A stretch of DNA of 25,712 nucleotides from positions 1 to 25,712 of IMG/VR virus record IMGVR_UViG_3300031758_000509, one strand, 5' to 3'. Under the pieces are notes generated by a model. That model worked only from the letters and a program-made list of their open reading frames with translations, was not told the DNA's origin and did no database searches. The translations under genes were made by a program, and so were the position numbers. Below, in pieces: positions 15,574 to 24,037 of this stretch (position 1 is its first letter; each line of letters starts with the position of its first letter). This stretch comes from a virus. Lineage: Duplodnaviria; Caudoviricetes.

Positions 15574-17373
15574 GTGGCACTGAGCGCAAACCTGATCGCC
15601 GCGATTGCCGACAAGCAGCATCGTCCAGTCATCAAGCTGGAGATTGACTGGGATGGCGATGGCGTCTTTGACGACGAGACCGGCTATGTGCTTGACGCGG
15701 TTGGCATTGAGTCCTTTGACCCTGACACGGGCGCGCTCCAGCCAGGCGAGTGCAACCTCACGCTGGACAATCTCAATCAACGCTTCAGCGCAGAGAACGA
15801 GAACAGCCCGATCTACGCCTACCTTCAGGGCGCATTCCTGAGCACGAAGGCGAAGGTCAGCCTCGGATATTTCTACAACGGCGCGGCACAGACGCGCACG
15901 CTCGGCACCTACATCGTGCGCTCGGTCGTGCCGCGTGAGCAGGCGCGAGTGGCGCAGATGCGCCTGCTTGACATCTCCGCGCGGTTTGCCAACACGCCGA
16001 CCTACTACGGCCCTCGTGCCAATGTCGCGCTGGATACGATCTTCACCGCGTTCGCAGACAAGGCGGGGCTTGGCACGGCATCGTACGCAGCCGTCGGCAC
16101 CGCCTTCGGCACCGCGCAGTTCGCAGCGGCGACCGGCGAGCCGCTGGGCGCTGAACTCGGGCTGCTCGCCATCGCCGAGGGTGGACGCATCTTCGTGGAC
16201 GAGGATGGCGTGCTCACCTTCAACGACCGCACGACGCATCAAGCTGCGCTGCAAGCGCCACTGATCACGCTTGATAAGGAATCTTATCCGTTTGAGATCA
16301 GCATCCTCCGCAACACGGAGACGGCGGTCAACCGCGCCCTGCTTGAGTACGAGGATCGTGCCTCGGCGGTCAGCGATGAGACGGTCTTCCAGATCACCAC
16401 GCCGATCACCGTGCCAGCCGCAGGATCGGCAGACGGCTTCTTCGTGCCTGGCGAGATCACGCTCAGCATCGAGGCGCAGGACAAGACGCGCTGGATTGAC
16501 TACACGCCCGTCACTTGGGCGTCGGTAGGAACGGCTGGGGGGAATAACCCCAGCGCTGCTACGGCGGCCTCTGCACCCACAGGCGGGACAGCGATCCCGA
16601 TGGTGCAGGGCGATCCGCCTAGCCTCGTCTCGCTAGACGGCAACCTCTACTACGAACTCACGGTCGGCGGCACGGCAACCGGCGACGGCAACCGCGCAAC
16701 CGTGACCTTCAAGAATATGGCGGCGGCGACGGCGATCTATGTGCAGGCGTTTACCCTGATCGGGAAGCCAGCACGCCTCTCCTCGCTCTACGCGACGCAG
16801 GCAGATGACATTGACGGGCAGGAGCTGCTCGGCGGTCAGATTCTGCCGCTCAGCCTCAAGAATCCGTACCTGCCGAGCACGGACAAGGCGTACACGCGGG
16901 CACTTGACCTGCTCTTCTTCCGCAGCGTCCGACGCCTCCGCATCTCGCTGGAGTCTGCGCCAGGCGTGCCACTCAAGGCGGGCGAAGTATTCGGCGTGTT
17001 GGATGCCGCAAAGAGCAAGACCTTCTTGCAGCAGGTCGCAACGATCAACTGGAGTTTCAACGCGCAGAGCGGCTACGAGTGCAGCATCGAGGGCTTGCCC
17101 GCGCTGCCAGGGCCGCTGCAACTTGAGTTCGGCGATGTGGTCGCCGCGCCGACCGATGTCATCACGACGGCACTCAACGAAGGGCCGTGGTACTGGGCAC
17201 CAGCGGGTGCAGGAGATAGCGCGCTCACTTGGGATAACAGCCTGTGGGGGCCATTGTCATCACCGACGCCAGTTGGTGATGCGGTGGGAGCCGTCACTGA
17301 TACAATCACGACAAGCGTAGTCCAAGTCCTTACCTGGGATTCTGGGTATTGGGATGTGAATCCGTGGGGTTGA
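15574..17373 (+). CDS. Baseplate hub / Tal-like minor tail protein
   Basis: Position after Dit; LTLDN...RFS, EGGRIFVDEDGVLTF.DR typical of hub proteins; C-terminal WDxxxW repeats. Confidence 0.75.
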   Translation: MALSANLIAAIADKQHRPVIKLEIDWDGDGVFDDETGYVLDAVGIESFDPDTGALQPGECNLTLDNLNQRFSAENENSPIYAYLQGAFLSTKAKVSLGYFYNGAAQTRTLGTYIVRSVVPREQARVAQMRLLDISARFANTPTYYGPRANVALDTIFTAFADKAGLGTASYAAVGTAFGTAQFAAATGEPLGAELGLLAIAEGGRIFVDEDGVLTFNDRTTHQAALQAPLITLDKESYPFEISILRNTETAVNRALLEYEDRASAVSDETVFQITTPITVPAAGSADGFFVPGEITLSIEAQDKTRWIDYTPVTWASVGTAGGNNPSAATAASAPTGGTAIPMVQGDPPSLVSLDGNLYYELTVGGTATGDGNRATVTFKNMAAATAIYVQAFTLIGKPARLSSLYATQADDIDGQELLGGQILPLSLKNPYLPSTDKAYTRALDLLFFRSVRRLRISLESAPGVPLKAGEVFGVLDAAKSKTFLQQVATINWSFNAQSGYECSIEGLPALPGPLQLEFGDVVAAPTDVITTALNEGPWYWAPAGAGDSALTWDNSLWGPLSSPTPVGDAVGAVTDTITTSVVQVLTWDSGYWDVNPWG

Positions 17374-17376
17374 TAA

Positions 17377-18303
17377 ATGTTTGATTCTATTTGGAAGCCA
17401 ACAGGGGTCGTGACGGTACGACTCACGCGAGCCGACGGCTCGTTGATCACCGAGCAGGTGCAGCCGAACACCTTCACGCTGGCGGGCGCAACCCGCATCG
17501 CGGCGAAGCTCGCAGGCGAGGCTGGCACGCTGACCTCCACCGATATCCAGTCGTCCTTTGGTGGCACGAGGATCTACGACTTTGACTCCACCGCTGGCTT
17601 TAGCGGCACGGCGACCCTTGAGACGACGATCTACCGGCAGGGTGCTGGCGCGTTCAAGATTGAGGCCGCGCCTTCGGGCACGCAGTATGTCTTTGACGCG
17701 ACCACGGTCACCTCGTCCACGGCGGTCACAGGATCGTCCATCGAGGTCAGCCTCCGCTTCACGACGCTCGCCAATGTGAACAAGTCCAGCACCGAGCTGC
17801 GGATCTTCACGGGCGGCAACTCGTCCAACTACTACGGGATCAGCGTGACGAGCATCGAGTCTGCGCTCGGCGCATTCGCCGACGCGACTTGGAAGATCTG
17901 CCGCATCCCGATCTCGTCCTTCAATATCACGGGCGGCGCGCCGTCCTTCAACGCGGTCACCGGCATCGGCTTGAACCTCGTGGCTGGCACGGCTGGCACC
18001 GCGACCGCATACATTGACAACGCCTTCGTGGTCAACGGCAACAATGACATCACGGCGTCAGCCTCATCCGTCCCTGCGGTCTACGACACGCAGAGCGTGA
18101 CTGCGACCCGCGTCACCCGCACGGTGACCTCGGTCGCAACCTGGGGGCTGAACACGGCGGTCGGCGAGACCTTCTACATCTTCGGACTTCGGGATCACGG
18201 CACGAATCTGCTCGCGATCACGGGGTACGGAGCAGGATCAGGGATCTACAAGGAGCCAAACTCAATCCTCACGGTCAGTTGGGCGCTGACCACCACAGCC
18301 TAA
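17377..18303 (+). CDS. Minor tail protein with probable inserted carbohydrate-binding jelly-roll domain
   Basis: Scaffold N- and C-termini (N.FT.AG...IA..L, LTVSW.LT) flank a ~160-aa insert with WK..RIP.SSF and YIDN. Confidence 0.65.
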   Translation: MFDSIWKPTGVVTVRLTRADGSLITEQVQPNTFTLAGATRIAAKLAGEAGTLTSTDIQSSFGGTRIYDFDSTAGFSGTATLETTIYRQGAGAFKIEAAPSGTQYVFDATTVTSSTAVTGSSIEVSLRFTTLANVNKSSTELRIFTGGNSSNYYGISVTSIESALGAFADATWKICRIPISSFNITGGAPSFNAVTGIGLNLVAGTAGTATAYIDNAFVVNGNNDITASASSVPAVYDTQSVTATRVTRTVTSVATWGLNTAVGETFYIFGLRDHGTNLLAITGYGAGSGIYKEPNSILTVSWALTTTA

Positions 18304-18314
18304 AGGAGGCTTAG

Positions 18315-19490
18315 ATGCCAAACAGCGGTACGGTCACAGCAGGCAGCGCAGCGCTGGCCTCGCAATACAACAATCTTCGCGACGATGTGCTCAATGTCAG
18401 CACAGGGCATACGCATACTGGCGCGTCCGAAAACGGCGCGAAGGTTGCAGCGACTGGCATCTCGTCTGGCACGGCTGCCAATGGCGCAGTCTTGACCGCC
18501 GATGGATCTGGCGCATCTGCGTTCTTGGCTGCGGCTGCCGCTGGCGGCATCCTCAAGTATCAGGAGTTCACTTCGTCTGGCTCATTCGTTATTCCTGCAA
18601 ACGCATCGTCAAGCGCAATCTTGGTTTTGGATGTTTGGGGCGCTGGCGCAGGCGGAGACGGTGGCAATAACCGAGGAAGCGGCACCTCAACTGTCGCAAA
18701 GCCAGGAGGCACAGGTGGCGCACACGGGCTGTTCTATTACCTGTCCTCTCAGTTTGGAACCGCTGGCGGAACGGTAACAGTGACGATTGGTGCTGGCGGC
18801 GCAGGCGGAAGTGCAACAAGCGCGACTGGTGGCACTGGTGGGGACGGCGCTGGTGGCGGAGAGACATCATTTGGTTCGGCTTCTTTTTTCGGCGCACGAG
18901 GGAAACCTTCTGCAGGCGTTTATCCAGCGCCATTCAACTCATATGAGGGTGCTTTATGGTTTAGGCTTAATCCTCAACCACAAACTGAGAATGTCGCAAC
19001 GGGAACAGTAGTTTTCAATGATTTCGTCACAGATGTTTTCTATTCTGCGGGCGGTTATGGCGGAGTGGGAAACTCTGAGCAATATAGATCGGGAACAGAC
19101 AATGGCGGCTTTGGTGGTGGCGGTGGAGCATCGGGCGGCGGGATCACCGCTGGAAATGTTGCGAGCCAGGGAGGCATCGGCGGAAAAGCCAGACTTGCTC
19201 CACGCTCAGAAATCGTTGGTCAAACTGGCGGAACGCCACAGTTTAGTTTCGGAAACGGCTCTGGCACGGCTGGTACTGCTGGAGGAGGCGCTGGTGGCGC
19301 TGGAACTTCAGGAACTGGTGACGGCGGCGGTGGCGGTGGGGCATCCACTACGGGCAATGGTGGCGCAGGCGGCGCTGGTTCCACGCCTGGAGGCGGCGGA
19401 GGAAGCGGCGGTGCGTGTCGCACAGGATCAACCTCGGGAGCAGGCGGAGCAGGCGGCGATGGCCGCGTGAGAGTATGGGTGATTGGATGA
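18315..19490 (+). CDS. Glycine-rich tail fibre / receptor-binding protein
   Basis: N-terminal anchor (ASQYNNLRDD, GHTHTG), then EFTSSGSF..P, WGAGAGG, VTVTIGAGG, many GGxGG repeats, and terminal GGDGRVRVW. Confidence 0.8.
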   Translation: MPNSGTVTAGSAALASQYNNLRDDVLNVSTGHTHTGASENGAKVAATGISSGTAANGAVLTADGSGASAFLAAAAAGGILKYQEFTSSGSFVIPANASSSAILVLDVWGAGAGGDGGNNRGSGTSTVAKPGGTGGAHGLFYYLSSQFGTAGGTVTVTIGAGGAGGSATSATGGTGGDGAGGGETSFGSASFFGARGKPSAGVYPAPFNSYEGALWFRLNPQPQTENVATGTVVFNDFVTDVFYSAGGYGGVGNSEQYRSGTDNGGFGGGGGASGGGITAGNVASQGGIGGKARLAPRSEIVGQTGGTPQFSFGNGSGTAGTAGGGAGGAGTSGTGDGGGGGGASTTGNGGAGGAGSTPGGGGGSGGACRTGSTSGAGGAGGDGRVRVWVIG

Positions 19491-19753
19491 GTACCTATCT
19501 TGTAATCAAAGACAATAAGGTCGTCAACACGGTCGTCTGGGACGGCGAGTCCGACTGGACTGCGCCTGAAGGCGCGACCACTCAGGTCGCGCCCGCAGGC
19601 GTGGGCATCGGCTGGACGAAGAGCGGCAGCAACTGGATCGCTCCAGAGCCACCGCCTGCGCCTACGCCAGATCCAAACAAGGTCAGCGCACGCGAGAAAC
19701 TCGCCGCGCTTGGTCTGACCGAAGCCGAGATCACCGCGCTCCTCGGAGCGTAA
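19487..19753 (+). CDS. Putative tail fibre assembly/chaperone protein
   Basis: ATGA coupling at 19487. Y.VI.DNKVVN.VVWDG...W..P, GIGW, and C-terminal SAREKLAALGLTEAEI. Confidence 0.7.
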   Translation: MSTYLVIKDNKVVNTVVWDGESDWTAPEGATTQVAPAGVGIGWTKSGSNWIAPEPPPAPTPDPNKVSAREKLAALGLTEAEITALLGA

Positions 19754-19754
19754 G

Positions 19755-19937
19755 GTGACCAAGAGCCAAGTTGACGCAATCCTAGAGCGGCTTGATCGGA
19801 TTGAATCCGATCTTGCCTGCGTGCGCGTTGAAATGGCAGAGACCCGAGGAGCCTACCGATTGGCGAAGTTCGTCATCGCGCTGCTCGGAATCAGCGGGCT
19901 GGGAGGCCTGACAGCCTGGCTTTCTAACAGTAAGTGA
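19755..19937 (+). CDS. Small coiled-coil protein with C-terminal TM (XhlA-like architecture)
   Basis: ILERLDRIESDL heptads followed by FVIALLGISGLGGLTAWL. Confidence 0.7.
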   Translation: MTKSQVDAILERLDRIESDLACVRVEMAETRGAYRLAKFVIALLGISGLGGLTAWLSNSK

Positions 19938-21064
19938 ACCGCCGCCTAGTCGCTCTCGTGGCGGCGGCGGCGGTTTTCTTGCCGTTCGCGCAGGTCTACG
20001 CGCTCGATGAGCTAGACGAGTGGGAGTTCAGCACGGACTCCAACGGCACCATCGTGCTCAACGAAGATGGCTCAGCCACGCTTGGCGGCGCGAATGACCC
20101 GCTGCCGGAGCAGCCGCGCTGGAACGCGCTCACCAGCCTGACTACAACCGCGCTAGAGGCTGAGACGGCGCAGTACCTCTGGTCATACCTGACCACTGAC
20201 GGCGCGTACTACGACAAGCCGCAGTATCTAGTGGGCGGCGAGTGGCTCACGCTCGCAGAGGGAAACACGCAATCAGCGACTGGCTACATCGAGGTGGTGC
20301 TGGCCGCAGGTGACCTGTTCGGCTTCCGCGTGCTGAGCACGGATTCGTGCTGCGGCATCGGCTACCTGACCATCGCCGTAGGCAGCCCTACGCCGTCCCC
20401 AGAGCCGACTCCTGAGCCGACCCCGACACCTACGCCAGAGCCGAGCGTAGAGCCGTCTCCGTCGCCTACAGAGCCACCTACGCCTGAGCCAACGCCAGAA
20501 CCTACGCCTGAACCTACTCCCGAGCCAACCCCGCAGCCAACACCTGAGCCGTCGCCGGAGCCGTCGCCTGAGCCAACGCCAGAGCCGACCCCAGAGCCGA
20601 CGCCAGAGCCAAGCGAGGAGCCATCCAATGAGCCAACACCTGATCCAACGCAACCAGACGAGACTGCCTCACCCGAGCCGACGACCGCTCCATCCGAAGA
20701 GCCGTCGGAATCTCCTGTGGTATCTCCTGATCCCACTCCTGTACCTCCTGACGAACCCGAATCCCCTCTGCCAGATCTAGGCGAGGCCGCTGAAGCGGCT
20801 GCCGAGGTTGCAGGCGCAGCCGTGGAAGCCGTTGCCGATGCGCTCGGCGACATCGCTGCAATCGGCGAGATCGGGAAAGACCTAGACGCAACTGAGAAGG
20901 AAGAGGCGCAACCGATGGCGGTCGCCGTCATCTCCAGCCAGATCGCCAGCGTCGCAGCGGCGGCAGCAAATGCCGCACGCAGCACGACCGGCGGATCAAG
21001 CGGCGGAGGTGGAGGCGGCGGAGGCGGCGAGACGGGGGCGCGTAGCAGAAAGGGCCGCCGCTAA
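19934..21064 (+). CDS. Secreted protein with beta domain, EPTP-repeat stalk and hydrophobic/basic C-terminus
   Basis: Signal peptide MNRRLVALVAAAAVFLPFAQVYA, acidic beta domain with DSCCG, Pro/Glu/Thr repeats, Ala-rich helix, poly-Gly and RSRKGRR tail. Confidence 0.8.
   Translation: MNRRLVALVAAAAVFLPFAQVYALDELDEWEFSTDSNGTIVLNEDGSATLGGANDPLPEQPRWNALTSLTTTALEAETAQYLWSYLTTDGAYYDKPQYLVGGEWLTLAEGNTQSATGYIEVVLAAGDLFGFRVLSTDSCCGIGYLTIAVGSPTPSPEPTPEPTPTPTPEPSVEPSPSPTEPPTPEPTPEPTPEPTPEPTPQPTPEPSPEPSPEPTPEPTPEPTPEPSEEPSNEPTPDPTQPDETASPEPTTAPSEEPSESPVVSPDPTPVPPDEPESPLPDLGEAAEAAAEVAGAAVEAVADALGDIAAIGEIGKDLDATEKEEAQPMAVAVISSQIASVAAAAANAARSTTGGSSGGGGGGGGGETGARSRKGRR
20384..20769 (+). repeat. Coding 12-bp tandem repeats (EPTP/EPSP)
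   Basis: Repeated GAGCCNACNCCN units with synonymous variation. Confidence 0.9.
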
Positions 21065-21234
21065 TGTTCAAGAACATCATCCTTGACCTAATCGGAGGAG
21101 CCTGGACGATTCTAGGACTCCTCTTCGCCGTAGTCGTGCTCCCAGAGGGTCAGACCCAGAGCACGATGGCGGCACTATTCATCCTGTTGACGATCGCGTG
21201 GATCGCTACAGGGCCACTACGATGGAGGGAGTAA
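21064..21234 (+). CDS. Two-TM membrane protein, 56 aa, not in ORF track
   Basis: TAATG coupling. Translation MFKNIILDLIGGAWTILGLLFAVVVLPEGQTQSTMAALFILLTIAWIATGPLRWRE; stop abuts the next ATG. Confidence 0.82.
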   Translation: MFKNIILDLIGGAWTILGLLFAVVVLPEGQTQSTMAALFILLTIAWIATGPLRWRE

Positions 21235-21492
21235 ATGGCACGAACGACAGATCACATTGACGACATCCACGAGCAGGGCTGGACGCGGGTTGATACCGCA
21301 CCAGGCGAGTGGGTCGCGCTCGTTCCAAATGAGGACAACAGCGCCTTCGGCGGCACGCTTTGGAAGCGTGGCGAGGATGGCAATGACTACAGCGAAGGCT
21401 GCACGGCGGGGCATCCTGTCAGCGCCGCGAAGGGCTTTGAGGACGCGGCTCGTGCCGTCGCCGTGATCGTGAAGCAGGAGAACCCATCGTGA
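21235..21492 (+). CDS. Hypothetical protein
   Basis: GGAGG SD; coupled on both sides. Confidence 0.7.
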   Translation: MARTTDHIDDIHEQGWTRVDTAPGEWVALVPNEDNSAFGGTLWKRGEDGNDYSEGCTAGHPVSAAKGFEDAARAVAVIVKQENPS

Positions 21493-22115
21493 AGATGCGG
21501 ATCAAGTCGCAACTCTACTCTGACGCCGAGGCGCAGAAAAAGGTTGGCGCGGTGCTAGATGACTGCGGCCCGAGCAGCGCGGCTGCGGCGGTCGCCTATG
21601 TCAACGGCTACAACCCTGATCTCCAGGCATCCGACGGCGTGGCTGCGAAGGCGCGTGCCACCGGCTTCGTGGAGAAGCAGGGCGTGAGCGACAACGGCTC
21701 CAGCCTGCCAGAGTTGATGAAGACCGTGCGCGAGCTAGGCGGCAAGGCTCGTCCCGCCGACACCTTCGCCGAGGCGGTCGAGGCGGCTAAGGCGGGCGCA
21801 GCCCTGATCTTGTGGGTGCAATGTCCCTCTGGGTACCCAAAGCAGGCGCTCTCGAAGTGGCACCGCAACTGGGCGTCGTACTGGCAGAAGAAGGACCCGA
21901 AAGTCATCGCCGCAGGCTACGGGCATATGACAAGCGCCTCCTACGACTCGGACGCGCAAACCCTACAGTTCGCCGACCCTACCTTTGACGACAAGAATCC
22001 AAAAGAGCAGTTTGCCGTGCCAATCACGGAGGCTGACCTCAAGGCCATCGCATCGGGCAAGCCAGGCTCGCCCGCATCACACATCGTCATCGTGACGAAG
22101 AAGGAGACCGTATGA
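21489..22115 (+). CDS. Papain-like C39-type peptidase, putative endolysin
   Basis: Oxyanion Q (SQL), catalytic Cys (DDCGPSSAA), His (GYGHM), Asp (FADP). Directly upstream of holin. Confidence 0.78.
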   Translation: MKMRIKSQLYSDAEAQKKVGAVLDDCGPSSAAAAVAYVNGYNPDLQASDGVAAKARATGFVEKQGVSDNGSSLPELMKTVRELGGKARPADTFAEAVEAAKAGAALILWVQCPSGYPKQALSKWHRNWASYWQKKDPKVIAAGYGHMTSASYDSDAQTLQFADPTFDDKNPKEQFAVPITEADLKAIASGKPGSPASHIVIVTKKETV

Positions 22116-22357
22116 GCAAGTTCACAGCATTCCTCGCAACGACCTCGGTAGACGAGGCGATCATTGACTTCCTCCGCACCGGCTTGAGCACGGCAATCGC
22201 CGTGAGTCTCGGCTTGGGCATCCCGCTGATGGACATCTCGGGCGGCGACTTCCGCACGATTATCAGCGCCTCGCTCGCCGCTGGGCTTCAGGTCTTGCAG
22301 ACCTACCTCGATCCGTCCAACGACCGCTACGGTCTCAAGACAAAGCCTAAGAAGTAG
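22112..22357 (+). CDS. Putative holin
   Basis: 81 aa with two hydrophobic segments, LDP.N.RYG and a basic C-terminus KTKPKK. AAGGAG SD; adjacent to the peptidase. Confidence 0.75.
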   Translation: MSKFTAFLATTSVDEAIIDFLRTGLSTAIAVSLGLGIPLMDISGGDFRTIISASLAAGLQVLQTYLDPSNDRYGLKTKPKK

Positions 22358-22433
22358 TGCCAGACACTTGGCATAGGTAAGGCTGTATGTTGGTGATCGC
22401 GGCACAAGCCGCTTGTGGAAGGAGGCAATCACC

Positions 22434-22676
22434 GTGTCTAAACTCGCGGCTGCGCTTGAAGCAGTCTCAGCAACGAAGAAGGGGCCGCAGTGCGGGGTCT
22501 CTGCACTTCTCGCCCGTGTGGATCAAGAAGAGCGAAAGGCGCTGGTGGCAGCACTTGCAGATCCGACACGCAACCGGCGCATCCTCTCCGAAGCGATCAG
22601 GAACGCCTACAAGGTAGAGATCGCGCAGGAGACGCTGGCTCGCCATATGCGCGGTCACTGTAAGTGCCCACGATGA
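22434..22676 (+). CDS. Small putative Zn-binding/DNA-binding protein
   Basis: AAGGAGG SD before GTG 22434; Cys near the N-terminus and terminal RHMRGHCKC. Confidence 0.72.
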   Translation: MSKLAAALEAVSATKKGPQCGVSALLARVDQEERKALVAALADPTRNRRILSEAIRNAYKVEIAQETLARHMRGHCKCPR

Positions 22677-23716
22677 GCGACCTAGAGAAAGCCCTCGCGG
22701 AAACGCAGGCATACGAGGAGTTGCGAGCGGCGCACAATCGTGCGCTCCGTGCGCTCTCCAAGCGTGACAACGATCAGGCTGAACTCGTGGATGCGGTCTA
22801 CCGCGCCGCGAAGGATGCCGCACTGGGGATGAAGATCCCTTCGGTTCCGACCCCGAAGCCGTCTGGCAAGAAGGGCACGCCTGAGACACTGACGGTGCTG
22901 CTTGGCGACTGGCAGCTCGGCAAGAACTCAGAGACCTACAACATCGAGGTGGCGAAGCAGCGCATTGACCTGCTCGCCCAGAAAGTCGCGCGGCTCATTG
23001 AGTTGCACGGCGTGCCGGTCAACGAGATTCAATGCGCGCTGCTCGGGGACTTCGTGGAGTCCGACGGGAACATCTTCCCAAGCCAAGCCTACGAGGTTGA
23101 GCAGGGCGGCCTGTATGTGCAGATCTTTGAGGGCGCTGCGATGCTCGCGCAGTTCGTGCGGGCGATGGCTGCGCTCGCACCGAAGGTCACCGTTCGCGGT
23201 GCCATCGGTAACCACGGCAGGCTCGGACGCTTCGGCGATCACAGCAACGAGAGCAACGCTGACGCGATCCTGTACCGCGTGGCGAAGGATCTCGTGAAGG
23301 CAGAGAAGCGCATTGACTGGAAGGAATCGCTCACGATGGGCGGTCGGCACTGGTACGACACGCTGGACCTGCCAGGCGGCAAGACGGCGATGCTCGTCCA
23401 CGGCGATCAGTTCCGTGGCGGTGCCTTTGGGCTGCCGTACTATGCCATCGCCAAGCGCGCGCAGGGTTGGAATCTCAGTGTCCAGCCAATGGATTTTCTG
23501 TTCTACGGGCACTGGCACACGCCAGCGCGACTCGTCTTGAGCGACGGAGCGCACACGGTCTGGGGCAACGCCAGCATCGAGTCGTCCAATCGCTATGCAC
23601 AGGAGTGGCTGGCTGCATCTGGCACGCCAGCTCAGTGGGCGATCTTCTTTGGCAAGGATGGCCCGACGGCTGAGTATCTCGTGCGGCTTGATGGTCACGG
23701 TCGCAAAGCGCCGTGA
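22673..23716 (+). CDS. Calcineurin-like metallophosphoesterase (Mre11/SbcD superfamily) with N-terminal coiled coil
   Basis: All five motifs present: GDWQLG (DxH variant), LGDFVE, GNHG, HGD, GHWH. ATGA coupling at 22673. Confidence 0.88.
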   Translation: MSDLEKALAETQAYEELRAAHNRALRALSKRDNDQAELVDAVYRAAKDAALGMKIPSVPTPKPSGKKGTPETLTVLLGDWQLGKNSETYNIEVAKQRIDLLAQKVARLIELHGVPVNEIQCALLGDFVESDGNIFPSQAYEVEQGGLYVQIFEGAAMLAQFVRAMAALAPKVTVRGAIGNHGRLGRFGDHSNESNADAILYRVAKDLVKAEKRIDWKESLTMGGRHWYDTLDLPGGKTAMLVHGDQFRGGAFGLPYYAIAKRAQGWNLSVQPMDFLFYGHWHTPARLVLSDGAHTVWGNASIESSNRYAQEWLAASGTPAQWAIFFGKDGPTAEYLVRLDGHGRKAP

Positions 23717-23894
23717 TCCGCAGACCTGCGATGTCTGCGAGGAGCCATCTGAAAGGGTCTACGCCTTCGGCGCGCTGATCCTCGGCATTGACCTTCGCAC
23801 CGGCGATCAGATCGTCAACGAACACCGCATCTGTTCTGGCTGCCTTGAGGTCTTGGTTGATCTCGTGCTCCACGATCAGATCCCTCCCGAATGA
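23691..23894 (+). CDS. Small Zn-finger protein
   Basis: CDVC...CSGC. Start uncertain. Confidence 0.6.
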   Translation: MVTVAKRRDPQTCDVCEEPSERVYAFGALILGIDLRTGDQIVNEHRICSGCLEVLVDLVLHDQIPPE

Positions 23895-23899
23895 CTACG

Positions 23900-24008
23900 C
23901 CTCTGCCTTCGGGCAGGGGTCTAGGGCTGGAGGTGGCTGGGCGCGAGCCTCCCGCTGCCTGACCTCCTCCAGCCCGCCACACCCTATTTCGTGCGTGAAA
24001 TAGGGTGT
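23900..24008 (+). terminator. Three consecutive hairpins ending the late operon
   Basis: CCTCTGCC-TTCG-GGCAGGGG (23900-23919); GGGCTGGAGG...CCTCCAGCCC (23924-23975); ACACCCTATTTC-GTGCGT-GAAATAGGGTGT (23979-24008). Confidence 0.6.
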
Positions 24009-24037
24009 TGACAGGGGGATTGGTACGGGCGTACGAT
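24008..24037 (+). promoter_or_regulatory. Sigma70/SigA-type early promoter
   Basis: TTGACA (24008-24013), 18-nt spacer, TACGAT (24032-24037), in the largest intergenic gap and upstream of early-type genes. Confidence 0.8.

Noticed and set aside
20384-20769. Repeat array as CRISPR or DGR element
   Set aside because: 12-bp coding repeats with synonymous variation and no spacers; no cas or reverse transcriptase gene in the window.
23895-24008. tRNA gene or attP site
   Set aside because: No cloverleaf, T-loop GTTCRA or CCA end, and no integrase in the window.
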